Source: Octopus sinensis (lineage: Eukaryota). From it: 50,610 nucleotides of DNA. Below the pieces are notes generated by a model. It was not told the origin of the DNA. It was given only the letters and a program-made list of their open reading frames with translations, and made no database searches. The stretch is from the NCBI RefSeq assembly GCF_006345805.1, contig NW_021834258.1:1-50610 (forward strand), in the 5' to 3' direction. A program made the translations under genes and the position numbers. Below are positions 37,120 through 49,760 of this stretch, piece after piece; positions within the stretch are counted from its first letter, which is position 1, and every line of letters begins with the position of its first letter.

Positions 37120-37850
37120 TGTATTCCTGGTTTTTATACATTTTTAATTTTGAATTAGGCTTGGACTATGTTCCCCACGAGTATATTCTTCCATATTCCT
37201 CCCAGGATCGGTACCCGTTGAAGAACGAGTTGTTTGACCACTTCTTTCTATACTCACCTCGAGAAAGAGGTCGGAATGATCTTCCGGAACATTCCTTCTC
37301 TTGTCATGACCATGTTGTTAAAATGATGAAAACACAACATTCCTGGCTAAACCTCCGTACAGTTTATAGAGAAACTACCAACGATATTTCTGTGACCGTC
37401 CTTCCTTTTTACATCGGAAAAAAAGTTACTCTAAAGTTTAATTTCTAGAGTTTCGGCGGGAAAATGTCTTATTGGGTTATGAAGGGAAATTTTCTATTGG
37501 TTTAGTGGCGTTATTGTGTGAGGATCGAGAATCACGGAGATGACGAATTTACGATTAAGGGGAGACATTGGCGAATTTTTAGTCAGTCTGGCATAATTGA
37601 GGATATCAGAGGGGATGGAATAGCCGGAAATGTATACTCATAGTGCATTATTTGCAGCAGCCTCAGTTTTCGATTGTGGAACCTATTTTTCAGTATTGTA
37701 GCCACGTCTCCCTGCATTCTCCTTCTGGACATATATGGTGATTGATGTATGAGAATTTTAGGGGCACATATACCGTTCTCAGAAGTACTGGCGAGGAGTT
37801 TGAGATCAATATTCCTCCCGTTTTGCTGGATGTAGTCGAAGAGACTGATT
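37120..37850 (-). mobile_element. Decayed APE-endonuclease region of a non-LTR element
   Basis: SLFDYIQQN..GDVATILK..-like frameshifted pieces upstream in element orientation of RT-like sequence; weak. Confidence 0.4.
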
Positions 37851-38399
37851 AATTGATCTGAATTTATTTTGAAATGTTATTTCATCTTTAATAAACTTTT
37901 AAAAAGAGGTGTTTAGGAAGAATGGTAATACCAAACATGTGGAGTGGGGGAATGTATTTTCCTCGGAGGATAGTTTTGAAGGTATTGTCGATAGGGTTTT
38001 ACTAAAGAAGCGATTTGTATAAGAGGGTCTGTAAGTATTTAATGGAAGTTGAAAGAATATGCTGGAAATAGCATTCATCTATGTTATGTAGATAGGTTTG
38101 ATGTAACAATGTTCATAAACAAATAAATATTACGAAACCAGATAAATCTTTACCAGATAAGTTTCTCATCGCTGGAAACTAGGCTGTCACTTAGTTTCAA
38201 TAGGAAAAAATTCGGTAAAAAAATTTTTAGGTAATATTGCCTTTTTGTTGACAAAGTTGGTGTTTTGGCGGTAAACCAAACCGTTCACAGATTTTCCACC
38301 TTTAGGAGTCAGAAAACTAAGAAATATGTCTCTAAGAGGAAAAATCTCGAAGAATCACCAACAGTTAATTAGGCTAATTAATTAGGTGATTCCAAGAAT

Positions 38400-39430
38400 C
38401 CTCAAGATCTTTCTCAACTTTTCCCGATGTTAGACTCTGGACTCAACGCAAGTGCGGGACTGGCAGGGAGCAGTTTTTGTGAGGAATTGAATCGGGGTGA
38501 TGTGGTTCTGGTTGTTAAGGTCTTAGTCTTTTGGCAGATGGTGATGTTGGATGGCTAAGAAGCCCTTTCCATCTTTCTTAATAAGGTGGTCGAGCGGACT
38601 TGGGATAATGTTGTTCAAGTTGGAAATTTTCGTTATGCTAGCCGCGGCTCGGCACAGTGTAGTCTCAATTTTAAGGCGGTTAGACCATGAGAGATTACCA
38701 TGCGGCGCAGGCATAGCCAATTGTCGGTTCGATGAATTGTTTGTAGAGAGTGCCGAGAGGCGGGAACGGTGTCTTTAGTCCGCCAAATATCGATTTGATT
38801 AGTCCAATTTTTCTCTGACTGGATCCGATGGCCTTCTCCAAATGGGCAGTAAAACACATGTGGGTGTCAAAAGTGACCCCCAGATTTTAGGGTTCTTCGT
38901 GAATGGAATCTTTTCGTTGTCCAGAAAAAGATCAATAGTACGGCTTCCGAGTCTCTTGTCCGACATAAATAAGGTAGTGGACGATTTTTCGGAGGAGATG
39001 TTCATCTTGTTTTGATATAGCCAAGTTCGAATTTGTAATAAGAGATCTTGTGGTCTTTTGGAAGCTTTCGAGAGGTCTTGATCACGTGATCCAATGAGTA
39101 GGTCGTCAGCGAAGGCGAGAATGAATGAGCCTTCCATTTCAGGGTTAGGAATGTCGGATATATATAAATTGAATAGAGCAGGAGAGAGGGGGGAACCTTG
39201 GGGGACTCCATTTGGAAGTAATCTTGAGATTGATTTGATTCCATTCAGGCATACACGCCCTCTCCTTCCGCTGAGGAAATTCGAAAGCCAGAGTTTTATG
39301 TTCGAGTCGATCGATAGGCTGAATATTTTTTGAGTCAGTATCTTTCTAGAGCCCGAATCAAAGACCTTCTGAAGATCGAGTGAGCATACAATTGATTTGA
39401 GATGAGGTCTAGTTGCAAAACCTTCCATTA
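38400..39430 (-). mobile_element. Jockey/I-group reverse transcriptase 3' half
   Basis: SLDLQKVFDS, WLSNFLSGR, GVPQGSPLSPALFNLYISD, AFADDLLI. Confidence 0.85.
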
Positions 39431-39969
39431 TAAACTGGGTTAATTCAATATAATTATTACTAATTATTATTAATTTGTATAGTCTTGGTGTTACTGTCGG
39501 GGTTCTCATTAAGCAGACGTGCTATGACCACCTTCACTATGGAATAGTATTTATACATATTATGGTAGTCCTCTATTTTAGAAAATTGACCAGTACAGTG
39601 GGGAAGGTCTGAACAGGCTGTGCCATATTAATTTTCTTTTCGACTACATCTGAAACTGAGGTCGTCATATCATTTTTCAGAACGCTGCTATCCTTTTTTT
39701 TCAATACTCCAAGATAACGTCTCCCGAAAATCATTTCCACTGGTTTTTGACATTCGTGTCATTGTAAAACATCGTCGAGAATGAGATCATTGAGACAACT
39801 TCAGATCATTAAGTCCAACCTTATAACTGGCTTAATTTATAATTTAAAATCAACATTGAATTTGCTGCTTTTTGTTGATGTTGACCTTAATTACGCGAAA
39901 ACTTCTTGAATATCAAGGAGAGTTGCGAACAATATTGTTTGCTAATGAAACAAATTTCAAATTGCATAT

Positions 39970-41040
39970 TTTTTTTTAATCAAGAACGATTTATTTCAGA
40001 AACGAGTTAATTATAAGACAGGCTAGTCTTCCGCGGCTGACGACATAATCGAATAGGCATTGCCGCGAACAACGGCCAAACCTATTCTTTGTCGAAGCCA
40101 TGTTGGTTCCCTCCAATCGTTTTTTACATGAGCAATTTTTCGTCCGATTTCTTTAAGGAATGACTCAGTTACAGTTCCTGTGACACCCGAAGTCTCGACT
40201 GCCACAGGAACAAAGCGGTACGAATCCCCGATTGTGGAATATTTGGCAATTTTTGCTTTTTCAGCAAAGTTAGCGGCCGATCCAGGTGAACGCAAGGAAA
40301 TGTTGATGTTCTTTCGAGTGAAAGTGTCCACGCATGTCGAGTCCCAAACTAGTGGTTTTCCCCCAGAGTAGGGGAAAAGAGTCACTCCATCTGGCCTTCT
40401 CCCATCATCACGGTTAAGACCCGCAGGTTCCAGTCTTGCTGGGAATCCTGCTGCCTCTAGGGCTCGTCGTATCACATCATTCAATGCGGCATGTCGAGGG
40501 GTTCGACCTGCACTTTTTCCGCAGGATAGAGGGTGCAGTCCTTTGGCATCAACAAGGCCTCCGCAACGACAGCCGTGAACTTGGCAAATATCCAGTCCCA
40601 GACGAAGTGCTACACCGATTCTCACAGAATTATTGTCCATTAGATTGCCAAGGGCAGGACACGGGAGAGCATCAAGCCACGCGCCACTATGATGGCGTGC
40701 TCCGGACAAGAGACATGTGAGTCGATGCTGATTGGCCCTCTGTTTGTATTTTTGGACGATGTCGTTGCATAAAATCGAATCCCAGTTAGTCTGTTTGAAT
40801 GTCTCCGCCGGAATCATCAACCCAGTTCCACTCCACCGTTCACAAGCTCTAGCGAACTCCGGCTCCAAGGAAAATTCAGAAGGGTTACGTAGAATTTCCT
40901 GGACCAGATCCCAGCTGCTTGAGAGCGACGAGAGATAAGCTGGTGCTGCTACTTCCAATGCGGACCTGAGGCCAACTCCACCCAATTTCGTTGGCAGTTT
41001 ACACTGAATCCATCCCAGATCATCAAAACGAACGTTTAAA
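39970..41040 (-). mobile_element. CRE/HERO-like RLE retrotransposon, longest 3' fragment, with polyA signal and tail
   Basis: Open 320-aa frame GGVGLRSA..HSGAWLDALP..CRCGG..HPLSC..RHAALND (CCHC)..GRRPDG..LAVVRGNA. AATAAA and an A-run follow the stop. Confidence 0.9.
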
Positions 41041-41119
41041 ATAGTTTCGGCCGTGTCTTTCAGTGTCTGATCAAGTAATAAAAGGCTGTCTCGTTGTGCA
41101 TAGCAAGGGCAGCTCCTTA

Positions 41120-41340
41120 GAGCATAAAGAAGTCATATTCGTCGTTCAAAAGGTAAATTACTAAATTACTCAAAAGGTTGGTCAAAAGTTTATCACGAGC
41201 ATTGTCTATTGCAGCATCTTCAAAGGTCAAAATAACCATGTAATTGGAGCTATTTCAGTGCATGGGCTTATTTATTATGAAATACAACGAGACTCCCTTA
41301 AGTTTGATGGTGCAAAAGAGTTTGTCAAAAACTGACTGTC
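41120..41340 (+). mobile_element. IS630/Tc1-like DDE fragment
   Basis: YSKGWSK..SKGQNNHVIGAISVHGLIYYE. Confidence 0.55.
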
Positions 41341-41809
41341 TGATGAGGACTATAATACCCAGCACTCCACGTCCGTCATCTCTCAGAGTCCAACTTCCTC
41401 GTCTGGAAGGGGAACTCCTTGCACAAGACTTCCCCCACACCCAAGAAGACCAGAAACCATAAAATTTTCAGTTTTATGTGAATGTTTTGGTGGAGGAATC
41501 GAAGGTCTGCTTGTCTGAAGCGCTGTACCTTTATCAAGAGTCGAGTTTTATCGAAATTCTTTCCAACAAATAATGGCTGTCCTTGTAAGAGGGAAGGAAA
41601 ACTTTCTCATGGTTATTTCCATTAGTAATACTTTGATAACTCATAATAATACGTTAGTAAACGGTCGTATATCATTTGGCAAACATACGTCACACGTTAC
41701 TCATTCTATATTATTATCACTTTCACAAACATGTGCACTAGTCAAAAAGACAATATTAGTGATTAGTTTTTTCACGTCTTTAGATCTTTTCTTACCCGAT
41801 TTAGGTCTT

Positions 41810-42235
41810 TTTTAAGACAGTCGGAAGTGTCAATCTAGGTCGTCCGCGGAAGGGTTTATGCATCCGTCAAAGTAATCTTCAATCGTTTTGTTTGCGGATG
41901 CTTCAGGGTTCGTTTTTAGTCCACGTTTAAACAGCTTTTATCGGGCATCTACTACATTCCCGCTGATACAACCAACTTGTTGTAGATACCAGTGGTTGAC
42001 ATTATTTGTGGCCACTACATTTCAAGTAAGCTTCTTAGTCGTCCAGTTTCAATTGTTTGTTGGAGGAATTTTCACAGTAATATCAATTTCACAAACACTT
42101 TGTAAAGACTGCATCTGAAGTCAATTCCGAGTCCTTTGTCCCTTAGAAATCTTTTCTTTAATGTCTCCATTGCCGCGTTTGCCAATGTTTCCTTCCTTAA
42201 TACATCTTCAGTGTCTCTTAGTTGAGAGCCGTGCT
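41810..42235 (-). mobile_element. Diverged fragment of the RTE family seen at 29.4-32.4 kb
   Basis: Nucleotide similarity to 29540-30000, e.g. tctaggtcgtccgcggaagggt. Confidence 0.7.
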
Positions 42236-42974
42236 TAAAATGTTAATTAATTTAATTTACAATTGGAAAAAATAATTTTCCATAATACCTGAAGAACGGA
42301 TCTGAGAAACAGGCAGATTCGAGAATCATCCATAGGAAATTTTAAATTTTTGATTAAAACAAGCAGGTTTGAGAAGCGGCGGATTCGAGAGGTTTCAGTA
42401 TATATATTCACGATCTCTTCTATAGAGTTTTTTTATTCATTGCCACATCATCTTATTGCAAACTGAGTGCGTGAAGGCCGTGTTGCACAGAAAGAGATCA
42501 TTTAGAAGTTCACTTTTTTATTCAGATACCTCACTATGAAAGAGAACTAGTTTGTGTTATAAGCTGAAATATAGACGTAATTCTTTCGAAATATTTTTAT
42601 TACAAATAACTTTTCATTCGAATTTGAATAGTGTTTTACGGACTTTTTGTTACTCATTTATTATGAAGTTATTAAATAAAATGTTTTATTAGGAATTGAA
42701 AGAGAATTGATTTCCTAACAACCTTTTTCCTCTTTTGGATTAGCCAAACAAACGGTACTATCTGTTGAAATGATATTGTCATTATATAACAATTATATCA
42801 CACAATAATAAGATTTTTCGATGTATTACACAATAATCTATTTATAAACTAGAAGTTTGTGAAATAATATAATATGTATATTTGATATTTTTTTATTTAC
42901 ATTTTACATGACTTTAAAACAATACTCTCACAAAATACATAACATTCTCTTCAAAGATTAAAAAATATTTTATA

Positions 42975-45900
42975 CTAGCTCAGCAGTTCGCTTCGCTCAC
43001 TGCGAGCTAGCTCCTGCGGAGGCCCTGCTCGCTACGCTCGCAGTTTCCTTAAATAACTATAAATTTATGTAGATATATAAATGCGACCTGCTTTGATATA
43101 ACCTTATTCTAAGGCCTGTGGATAAACGATGTTTGCAGTCCGTCCATCCTTGGCAAATATAAATAAATTTCTCTTCTACCTACCCTTGAGCACCCCACAT
43201 ACAGCTGGCCATGTGAAAAGCACTCGTTCTCTAAAAATAAGCCTACTACCTTTAAAGACTGTCCCTGGGCCTTGTTTATTGTCATAGCAAAACTTATCTT
43301 CAGCGGAAATTGTAGTCTCTTAATCTATCGCAGGCCCTTTCATGGTCCATAATAACGTCGACCGATTTATATATTCTTTCTCTGCCAGGGATTTTCATTA
43401 ATAAATCTAAATTTATATTAAGTACCTCATCATTAAGTGGAGCTAATATAGCTCGTTCACGCAGCCAGTCGAAATTCACGTAGTGTTCAGATAGTTCGGA
43501 ATAGACGGCATTCAATAATTCTTCTGCTGTTTCTACGAAAATACATAATTATTCCGGTAGCCTAATTTTCTGGTCGTGCATTTCTGAAGTGATTGCCCCA
43601 TTTCCAATATCTAGAAGGATTTGTGGGAATATGCTATTAACGCCTTGTAAATGTGCATGTACATTTACATCTAAGCTTACCTTTTTCACGTGTGTCCACA
43701 AATATGACGATTTGAGGCAGGCATTCAATTCATCCGCAGGCGCGTCCTCTTTGAATAATTGGCAGCGTCTGTCTAAAATCACCTGCCAATACAACTAATG
43801 CTCCCCCAAACAAATGGTCGCTACAATTCTTGATATCTCTATATGTTCGGTCAACTGCTTGAATGCGCCTTTATGAGCCATCGTACATTCATCCCAAACA
43901 ATTAACCTAGAATGCATAATTCTATTACCCGTAGTTGAGTCTAACAGCAGTCCTGACCTTATTCAGCTGTTGTCTAAGTTCCCTCACCATTTAAGCACAT
44001 CTTCCCTCGTTTCTCTTTTTTTTTATATGGTTCATATTCTCTTGTTTGTTAACATTCTCAGATCTCTCTTTATAGGACATTCTTATGATTTTGTAAACGC
44101 GAATCAGTAATTTATATTAAATTTTCTACGTAAATTTATTTAGTGAAATTTATGTAAAGTGTATTATCCAATCAAAGCCATTATACTTAATTGCCTCTAT
44201 GTTTAAAGGAATTGAAACTTTAGCATAATCGAACTTGTCTGTTTCGGTAAAGAAAATGATAATCAGCTTCATCTTTGTAGTATTATAAGGAAAAAAATTA
44301 AAGCCTGTTAAATCAGGAGATTTAAATATAGGCAAATTGAAATTTACATGACTAATTTAAATTTTATTTGCCTCTATCTTTTAAGAAATCTAAACAGTAG
44401 CATAATCGAATTTGTCAGTTTCGGCAGTTAAAAAGAATCAATTATGTAAATCTCTAATAATTTTTGCTTTTTCCTTTTTAGTGGTTTTCAAAATCTGATA
44501 ATTGCACAGTCTATTCATGGTCGATAACAATTAGAGCTTTTATTTTATTTTTTTAACGAAATTTAACAAAAAAGAATTTATGTCATCAAAAAAAGATAGC
44601 TAAGCTAATTAATGGCCTCACGAGGCTTGAAGGTTGTGTAGGACCTCATCATGTGAGTCGAGGACTTTCTTGTCGTTCATTTTAACAAAAACGCAGAAAA
44701 TATTTTTTTTTAATTTTTGGGCTTGAAGGTTTTGGGGGACCACATCATGTGAGTCGAGGACTTTCTTGTTGTTCATTTTAACAAAACGCAGAAAAAATAT
44801 TTTTTTTAATTTTTTGCTTGAAGGTTTTGGGGGACCACATCATGTGAGTCGAGGACTTTCTTGTTGTTCATTTTAACAAAAACGCAGAAAATAATTTTTT
44901 TAATTTTTTAGCTTGAAGGTTTTGGGGGACCACATCATGTGAGTCGAGGACTTTCTTGTTGTTCATTTTAACAAAAACGCAGAAAATAATTTTTTTTAAT
45001 TTTTTGGCTTGAAGGTTTGGGGGACCACATCATGTGAGTCGAGGACTTTCTTGTTGTTCATTTTAACAAAAACGCAGAAAATAATTTTTTTAATTTTTTA
45101 GCTTGAAGGTTTTGGGGGACCACATCATGTGAGTCGAGGACTTTCTTGTTGTTCATTTTAACAAAACGCAGAAAATAATTTTTTTTAATTTTTTGGCTTG
45201 AAGGTTTTGGGGGACCACATCATGTGAGTCGAAGACTTTCTTGTTGTTCATTTTAACAAAAACAGAAATAATTTTTTTAATTTTTTAGCTTGAAAGTTTT
45301 GGGGGACCACATCATGTGAGTCGAGGACTTTCTTGTTGTTCATTTTAACAAAAACGCAGAAAATAATTTTTTTTATTTTTTGGCTTGAAGGTTTTGGGGG
45401 ACCACATCATGTGAGTCGAGGACTTTCTTGTTGTTCATTTTTACAAAAACGCAGAAAATATTTTTTTTTAATTTTTGGCTTGAAGGTTTTGGGGGACCAC
45501 ATCATGTGAGTCGAGGACTTTCTTGTTGTTCATTTAACAAAACGCAGAAAATAATTTTTTTTAATTTTTTGGCTTGAAGGTTTTGAGGGACCACATCATG
45601 TGAGTCGAGGACTTTCTTGTTGTTCATTTTAACAAAAAACGCAAATAATTTTTTTTAATTTTTTGCTTGAAGGTTTTGAGGACCACATCATGTGAGTCGA
45701 GGACTTTCTTGTTGTTCATTTTAACAAAAACGCAGAAAATAATTTTTTTAATTTTTTGGCTTGAAGGTTTTGGGGGACCACATCATGTGAGTCGAGGACT
45801 TTCTTGTTGTTTATTTTAACAAAAACGCAGAAAATAATTTTTTTTATTTTTTGGCTTGAAGGTTTTGGGGGACCACATCATGTGAGTCGAGGACTTTCTT

Positions 45901-48071
45901 GTTGTTCATTTTAACAAAAACGCAGAAAATAATTTTTTTTAATTTTTTGGCTTGAAGGTTTTGGGGGACCACATCATGTGAGTCGAGGACTTTCTTGTTG
46001 TTCATTTTTACAAAAACGCAGCAAATAATTTTTTTTAATTTTTTGGCTTGAAGGTTTTGGGGGACCACATCATGTGAGTCGAGGACTTTCTTGTTGTTCA
46101 TTTTAACAAAAACGCAGAAAATAATTTTTTTTAATTTTTTGGCTTGAAGGTTTTGGGGGACCACATCATGTGAGTCGAGGACTTTCTTGTTGTTTATTTT
46201 ACAAAAACGCAGAAAATAATTTTTTTAATTTTTTGGCTTGAAGTTTTGGAGGACCACATCATGTGAGTCGAGGACTTTCTTGTTGTTCATTTTAACAAAA
46301 ACGCAGAAAATTTTTTTTTTAATTTTTTACCTTGAAGGTTTTGGGGGACCACATCATGTGAGTCGAGGACTTTCTTGTTGTTCATTTTAACAAAGCAGAA
46401 ATAATTTTTTTAATTTTTTACCTTGAAGGTTTTGGGGGACCACATCATGTGAGTCGAGGACTTTCTTGCTGTTCATTTTAACAAAAACGCAGAAAATAAT
46501 TTTTTTTATTTTTTAGCTTGAAGGTTTTGGGGGACCACTTCATGTGAGTCGAGGACTTTCTTGTTGTTCATTTTAACAAAAACGCAGAAAATAATTTTTT
46601 TAATTTTTTGGCTTGAAGGTTTTGGGGGACCACATCATGTGAGTCGAGGACTTTCTTGTTGTTCATTTTAACAAAACGCAGAAAATAATTTTTTTAATTT
46701 TTTAGCTTGAAGGTTTTGGGGGACCACATCATGTGAGTCGAGGACTTTCTTGTTTGTTCATTTTAACAAAAACGCAGAAAATAATTTTTTTAATTTTTTG
46801 GCTTGAAGGTTTTGGGGGACCACATCATGTGAGTCGAGGACTTTCTTGTTGTTCATTTTAAAAAACGCAGAAAATAATTTTTTTAATTTTTTGCTTGAAG
46901 GTTTTGGGGGACCACATCATGTGAGTCGAGGACTTTCTTGTTGGTCATTTTAACAAAAACGCAGAAAATATTTTTTTTAATTTTTTGGCTTGAAGGTTTT
47001 GGGGGACCACATCATGTGAGTCGAGGACTTTCTTGTTGTTCATTTTAACAAAAACGCAGAAAATAATTTTTTTTAATTTTTGGCTTGAAGGTTTTGGGGG
47101 ACCACATCATGTGAGTCGAGGACTTTCTTGTTGTTCATTTAACAAAACGCAGAAAATAATTTTTTTTAATTTTTTGGCTTGAAGGTTTTGGGGGACCACA
47201 TCATGTGAGTCGAGGACTTTCTTGTTGTTCATTTTTACAAAAACGCAGAAAATAATTTTTTTTAATTTTTTGGCTTGAAGGTTTTGGGGGACCACATCAT
47301 GTGAGTCGAGGACTTTCTTGTTGTTCATTTTAACAAAAACGCAGAAAATAATTTTTTTTAATTTTTTGGCTTGAAGGTTTTGGGGGACCACATCATGTGA
47401 GTCGAGGACTTTCTTGTTGTTCATTTTAACAAAAACGCAGAAAATAATTTTTTTTAATTTTTGGCTTGAAGGTTTTGGGGGACCACATCATGTGAGTCGA
47501 GGACTTTCTTGTTGTTCATTTTAACAAAAACGCAGAAAATAATTTTTTTAATTTTTGGCTTGAAGGTTTTGGGGGACCACATCATGTGAGTCGAGGACTT
47601 TCTTGTTGTTCATTTTAACAAAAACGCAGAAAATAATTTTTTTTAATTTTTTGGCTTGAAGGTTTTGGGGGACCACATCATGTGAGTCGAGGACTTTCTT
47701 GTTGTTCATTTTAACAAAAACGCAGAAAATAATTTTTTTTAATTTTTTGGCTTGAAGGTTTTGGGGGACCACATCATGTGAGTCGAGGACTTTCTTGTTG
47801 TTCATTTTAACAAAAACGCAGAAAATTGACTTGAAGGTTTTGGGGGACCTCATCATCGAGGATATTCTTTCTTATTAAAATTTTTTGACAGGAAGGTTCT
47901 TAGAGGATATCAACCTTTTATTGTGCCTCATTATCGAATAACTACAAAAGGGAAGGTTTTGACAATTTGATCTGGTTTGTAACAATTTGAATGTGGGTGT
48001 GCACAGACAGACAGACAACAGACAGACAGACAGACAGACAGACAACACACCATACCATTTTATTATTAAGA
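42975..48071 (-). mobile_element. Non-autonomous Helitron copy 3 carrying a satellite array
   Basis: Same A|TCTTAATAATAAAATGG 5' end (48071) and double CTAG|T 3' end (42975) as copy 1. The helicase remnant at 43100-43935 has an internal deletion. Confidence 0.9.
44625..47850 (-). repeat. Tandem satellite, 34 counted copies of a ~95-bp unit derived from the Helitron 5' module
   Basis: Unit gcttgaaggttttgggggaccacatcatgtgagtcgaggactttcttgttgttcattttaacaaaaacgcagaaaataattttttt(t)aattttttg. Copies differ mostly in homopolymer length. Confidence 0.97.
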
Positions 48072-48299
48072 TTCACACTTTCAAGCATACATTGATCACG
48101 ATAAATACATACAAAACATATTAATGTTGTTCGTTCAATATTACAAATATGCTGAAATTCCATGAAAGGAAAAAGTAACTAACTAAACAAATTAAAGCAA
48201 GAAATAAAAAATACATATCCATATTTCCATTAAAAATAAATAAAAAATTGGAACATCACCAAACAAATCAATTGGAAAATTAACTAAAACAAAAACTTC

Positions 48300-48760
48300 G
48301 TTTTACCATTTTTGCAGTCTCCATTGCCCTTGATCACTATTAACCAATTAAGGTCAGCCCCACACAGCTGTTCTGCACAAATTCAAATAATTTGGAGGCC
48401 ATCCACTCAAACTCTGGCTCCTTCCTGATTGCCTTATAGACTCCACTACACGTGAGTACTCTATCAAATGACTGGTGAGGCAATACGAATGTAATTTGAC
48501 ATTATTTGCCAGTAAATTGGCAGCCCCGCCCTGTTCTCTGTCCAAGATTGTAATTGCGTCTTCAACGATCAGTCCATTATTCCTCAGGTCCTTAAAAACT
48601 GTTACTTGGACGACTTGATTGATCGAATCCTCCCTGACAACAACATCCTCCACAACGAGACACCTCATTCCCTTTGTCCACGTGCCCTCGATTAATTTTT
48701 GTGTGCCATATTTCTTTAATTCCTTTCGTTTGAGGATCATTCCCTTATTAAGCCCGAAGG
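48300..48760 (-). pseudogene. UMPS: Fragment of UMP synthase, orotate phosphoribosyltransferase domain
   Basis: MILKRKELKKYGTQKLIEG, CLVVEDVV, LIVEDAITILDREQGG, VKLHSYC. The OPRT N-terminus and the OMP decarboxylase domain are not evident, and the PRPP loop is altered. Confidence 0.75.
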
Positions 48761-48889
48761 AGACACACTATTTTGAAGACAAGAGAATTTTCACTATTTT
48801 TGAAAAAAGTAAATTTATTGTTTGTTTCTCTGTAAATTGTATAAATTATTACCATAACAAATAATTTGGAAAAAAATAAATTGTCATGA

Positions 48890-49340
48890 GAATTTCTTGG
48901 CCAAGCTTTACATCACCAATTTATTTTCCGTCAATATGGAGATTAACAGTCCACATTCTTACAATACTTTTCACAAAGTTTGCAATCCAAACAGGTACTA
49001 CAGAACAATTAATCACATGAAATAAAGAATTATAGTCAACAAAATCATATGCTTTTTTGATTTTAATCCAAGCAAAATATAGCTCATTTTCACACTCTTT
49101 ATTTAGGCATTCGTTAACAAAGGTTTGCTCTAACAGTGTCTACTCGTACCAAGTTGATTGTTAGGAATTAAGCCGAGTGGATTTACGAACTCAAACAGTT
49201 AGCCATTAACACGCTTGGTAACTATCTTATAAACTATCTCCATCCATGTTATAGGGCGCAAATCTTTTGGGGTTTCAAGTCATTTTTTCAGGGATTAGGT
49301 ATGTTATCCTAGTATAAAACCAGCTTTTTAAAATCCCGTC
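48890..49340 (-). mobile_element. R4/Dong-like RT fragment, same lineage as the RLE fragments at 9 and 11 kb
   Basis: YLIP..PKDLRPIT, YKIVTK, NNQLGT, LNKECENELYFAWIKIKKAYD, PVWIANFV. Confidence 0.7.
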
Positions 49341-49489
49341 TTTATTGATTAATCTTTAAATTTCGACACATAAAAATTTATGAAGAGATTCCAACCTTTT
49401 AACAAAAAAATTATATTTTTTATCACACCCAGATGGCTTCCAATCAAGGAGATGATTAATGATACTCATTTTGTAAAATCTTCTCTTGT

Positions 49490-49760
49490 TTAGTTCAAAG
49501 CAAACATTATGGAATTCTTTCCTAGAGTTATACACAGCTAGTTGTTTTTTCTTAATTCTGATAAATTATGCAGCAAAGATTCGATCCTCGAAAACTCGAA
49601 AGTCCCATTTAAGTTTCATGCGTCTACGACTAGCCCACCAACTTTCCATACGAACTACACATACAAGACACTTCAGGAAAATTCACAAACTTGATTCATC
49701 ATTTGGTTGTATTTTTATTTGTTTTTAAAAGAGAGTGCAGTATTATGTCTTGTTTTTTGA
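49490..49760 (+). mobile_element. Possible piggyBac transposase C-terminal remnant
   Basis: SHLSFMRLRLAHQL resembles the piggyBac FRLxLAxQL helix; weak. Confidence 0.35.

Noticed and set aside
39590-39800. Gypsy integrase C-terminal fragment
   Set aside because: Only a weak PVEMIFGR-like motif; too little to support a call.
44625-47850. CRISPR-like array of palindromic repeats
   Set aside because: The intervening sequence is invariant, so there are no unique spacers. There are no cas genes, the context is eukaryotic, and the unit derives from the Helitron.
45844-47856. Repeat-protein ORFs (MNNKKVLDSHDVVPQNLQAKK..)n
   Set aside because: These are by-products of a near-96-bp stop-free unit. 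Frames break at homopolymer variants and there is no gene structure.
300-48760. Nucleotide-metabolism cluster (DERA, dNK-fold NDUFA10, UMPS)
   Set aside because: NDUFA10 is a complex I subunit, and the UMPS piece is a fragment 47 kb away. The co-occurrence is coincidental.
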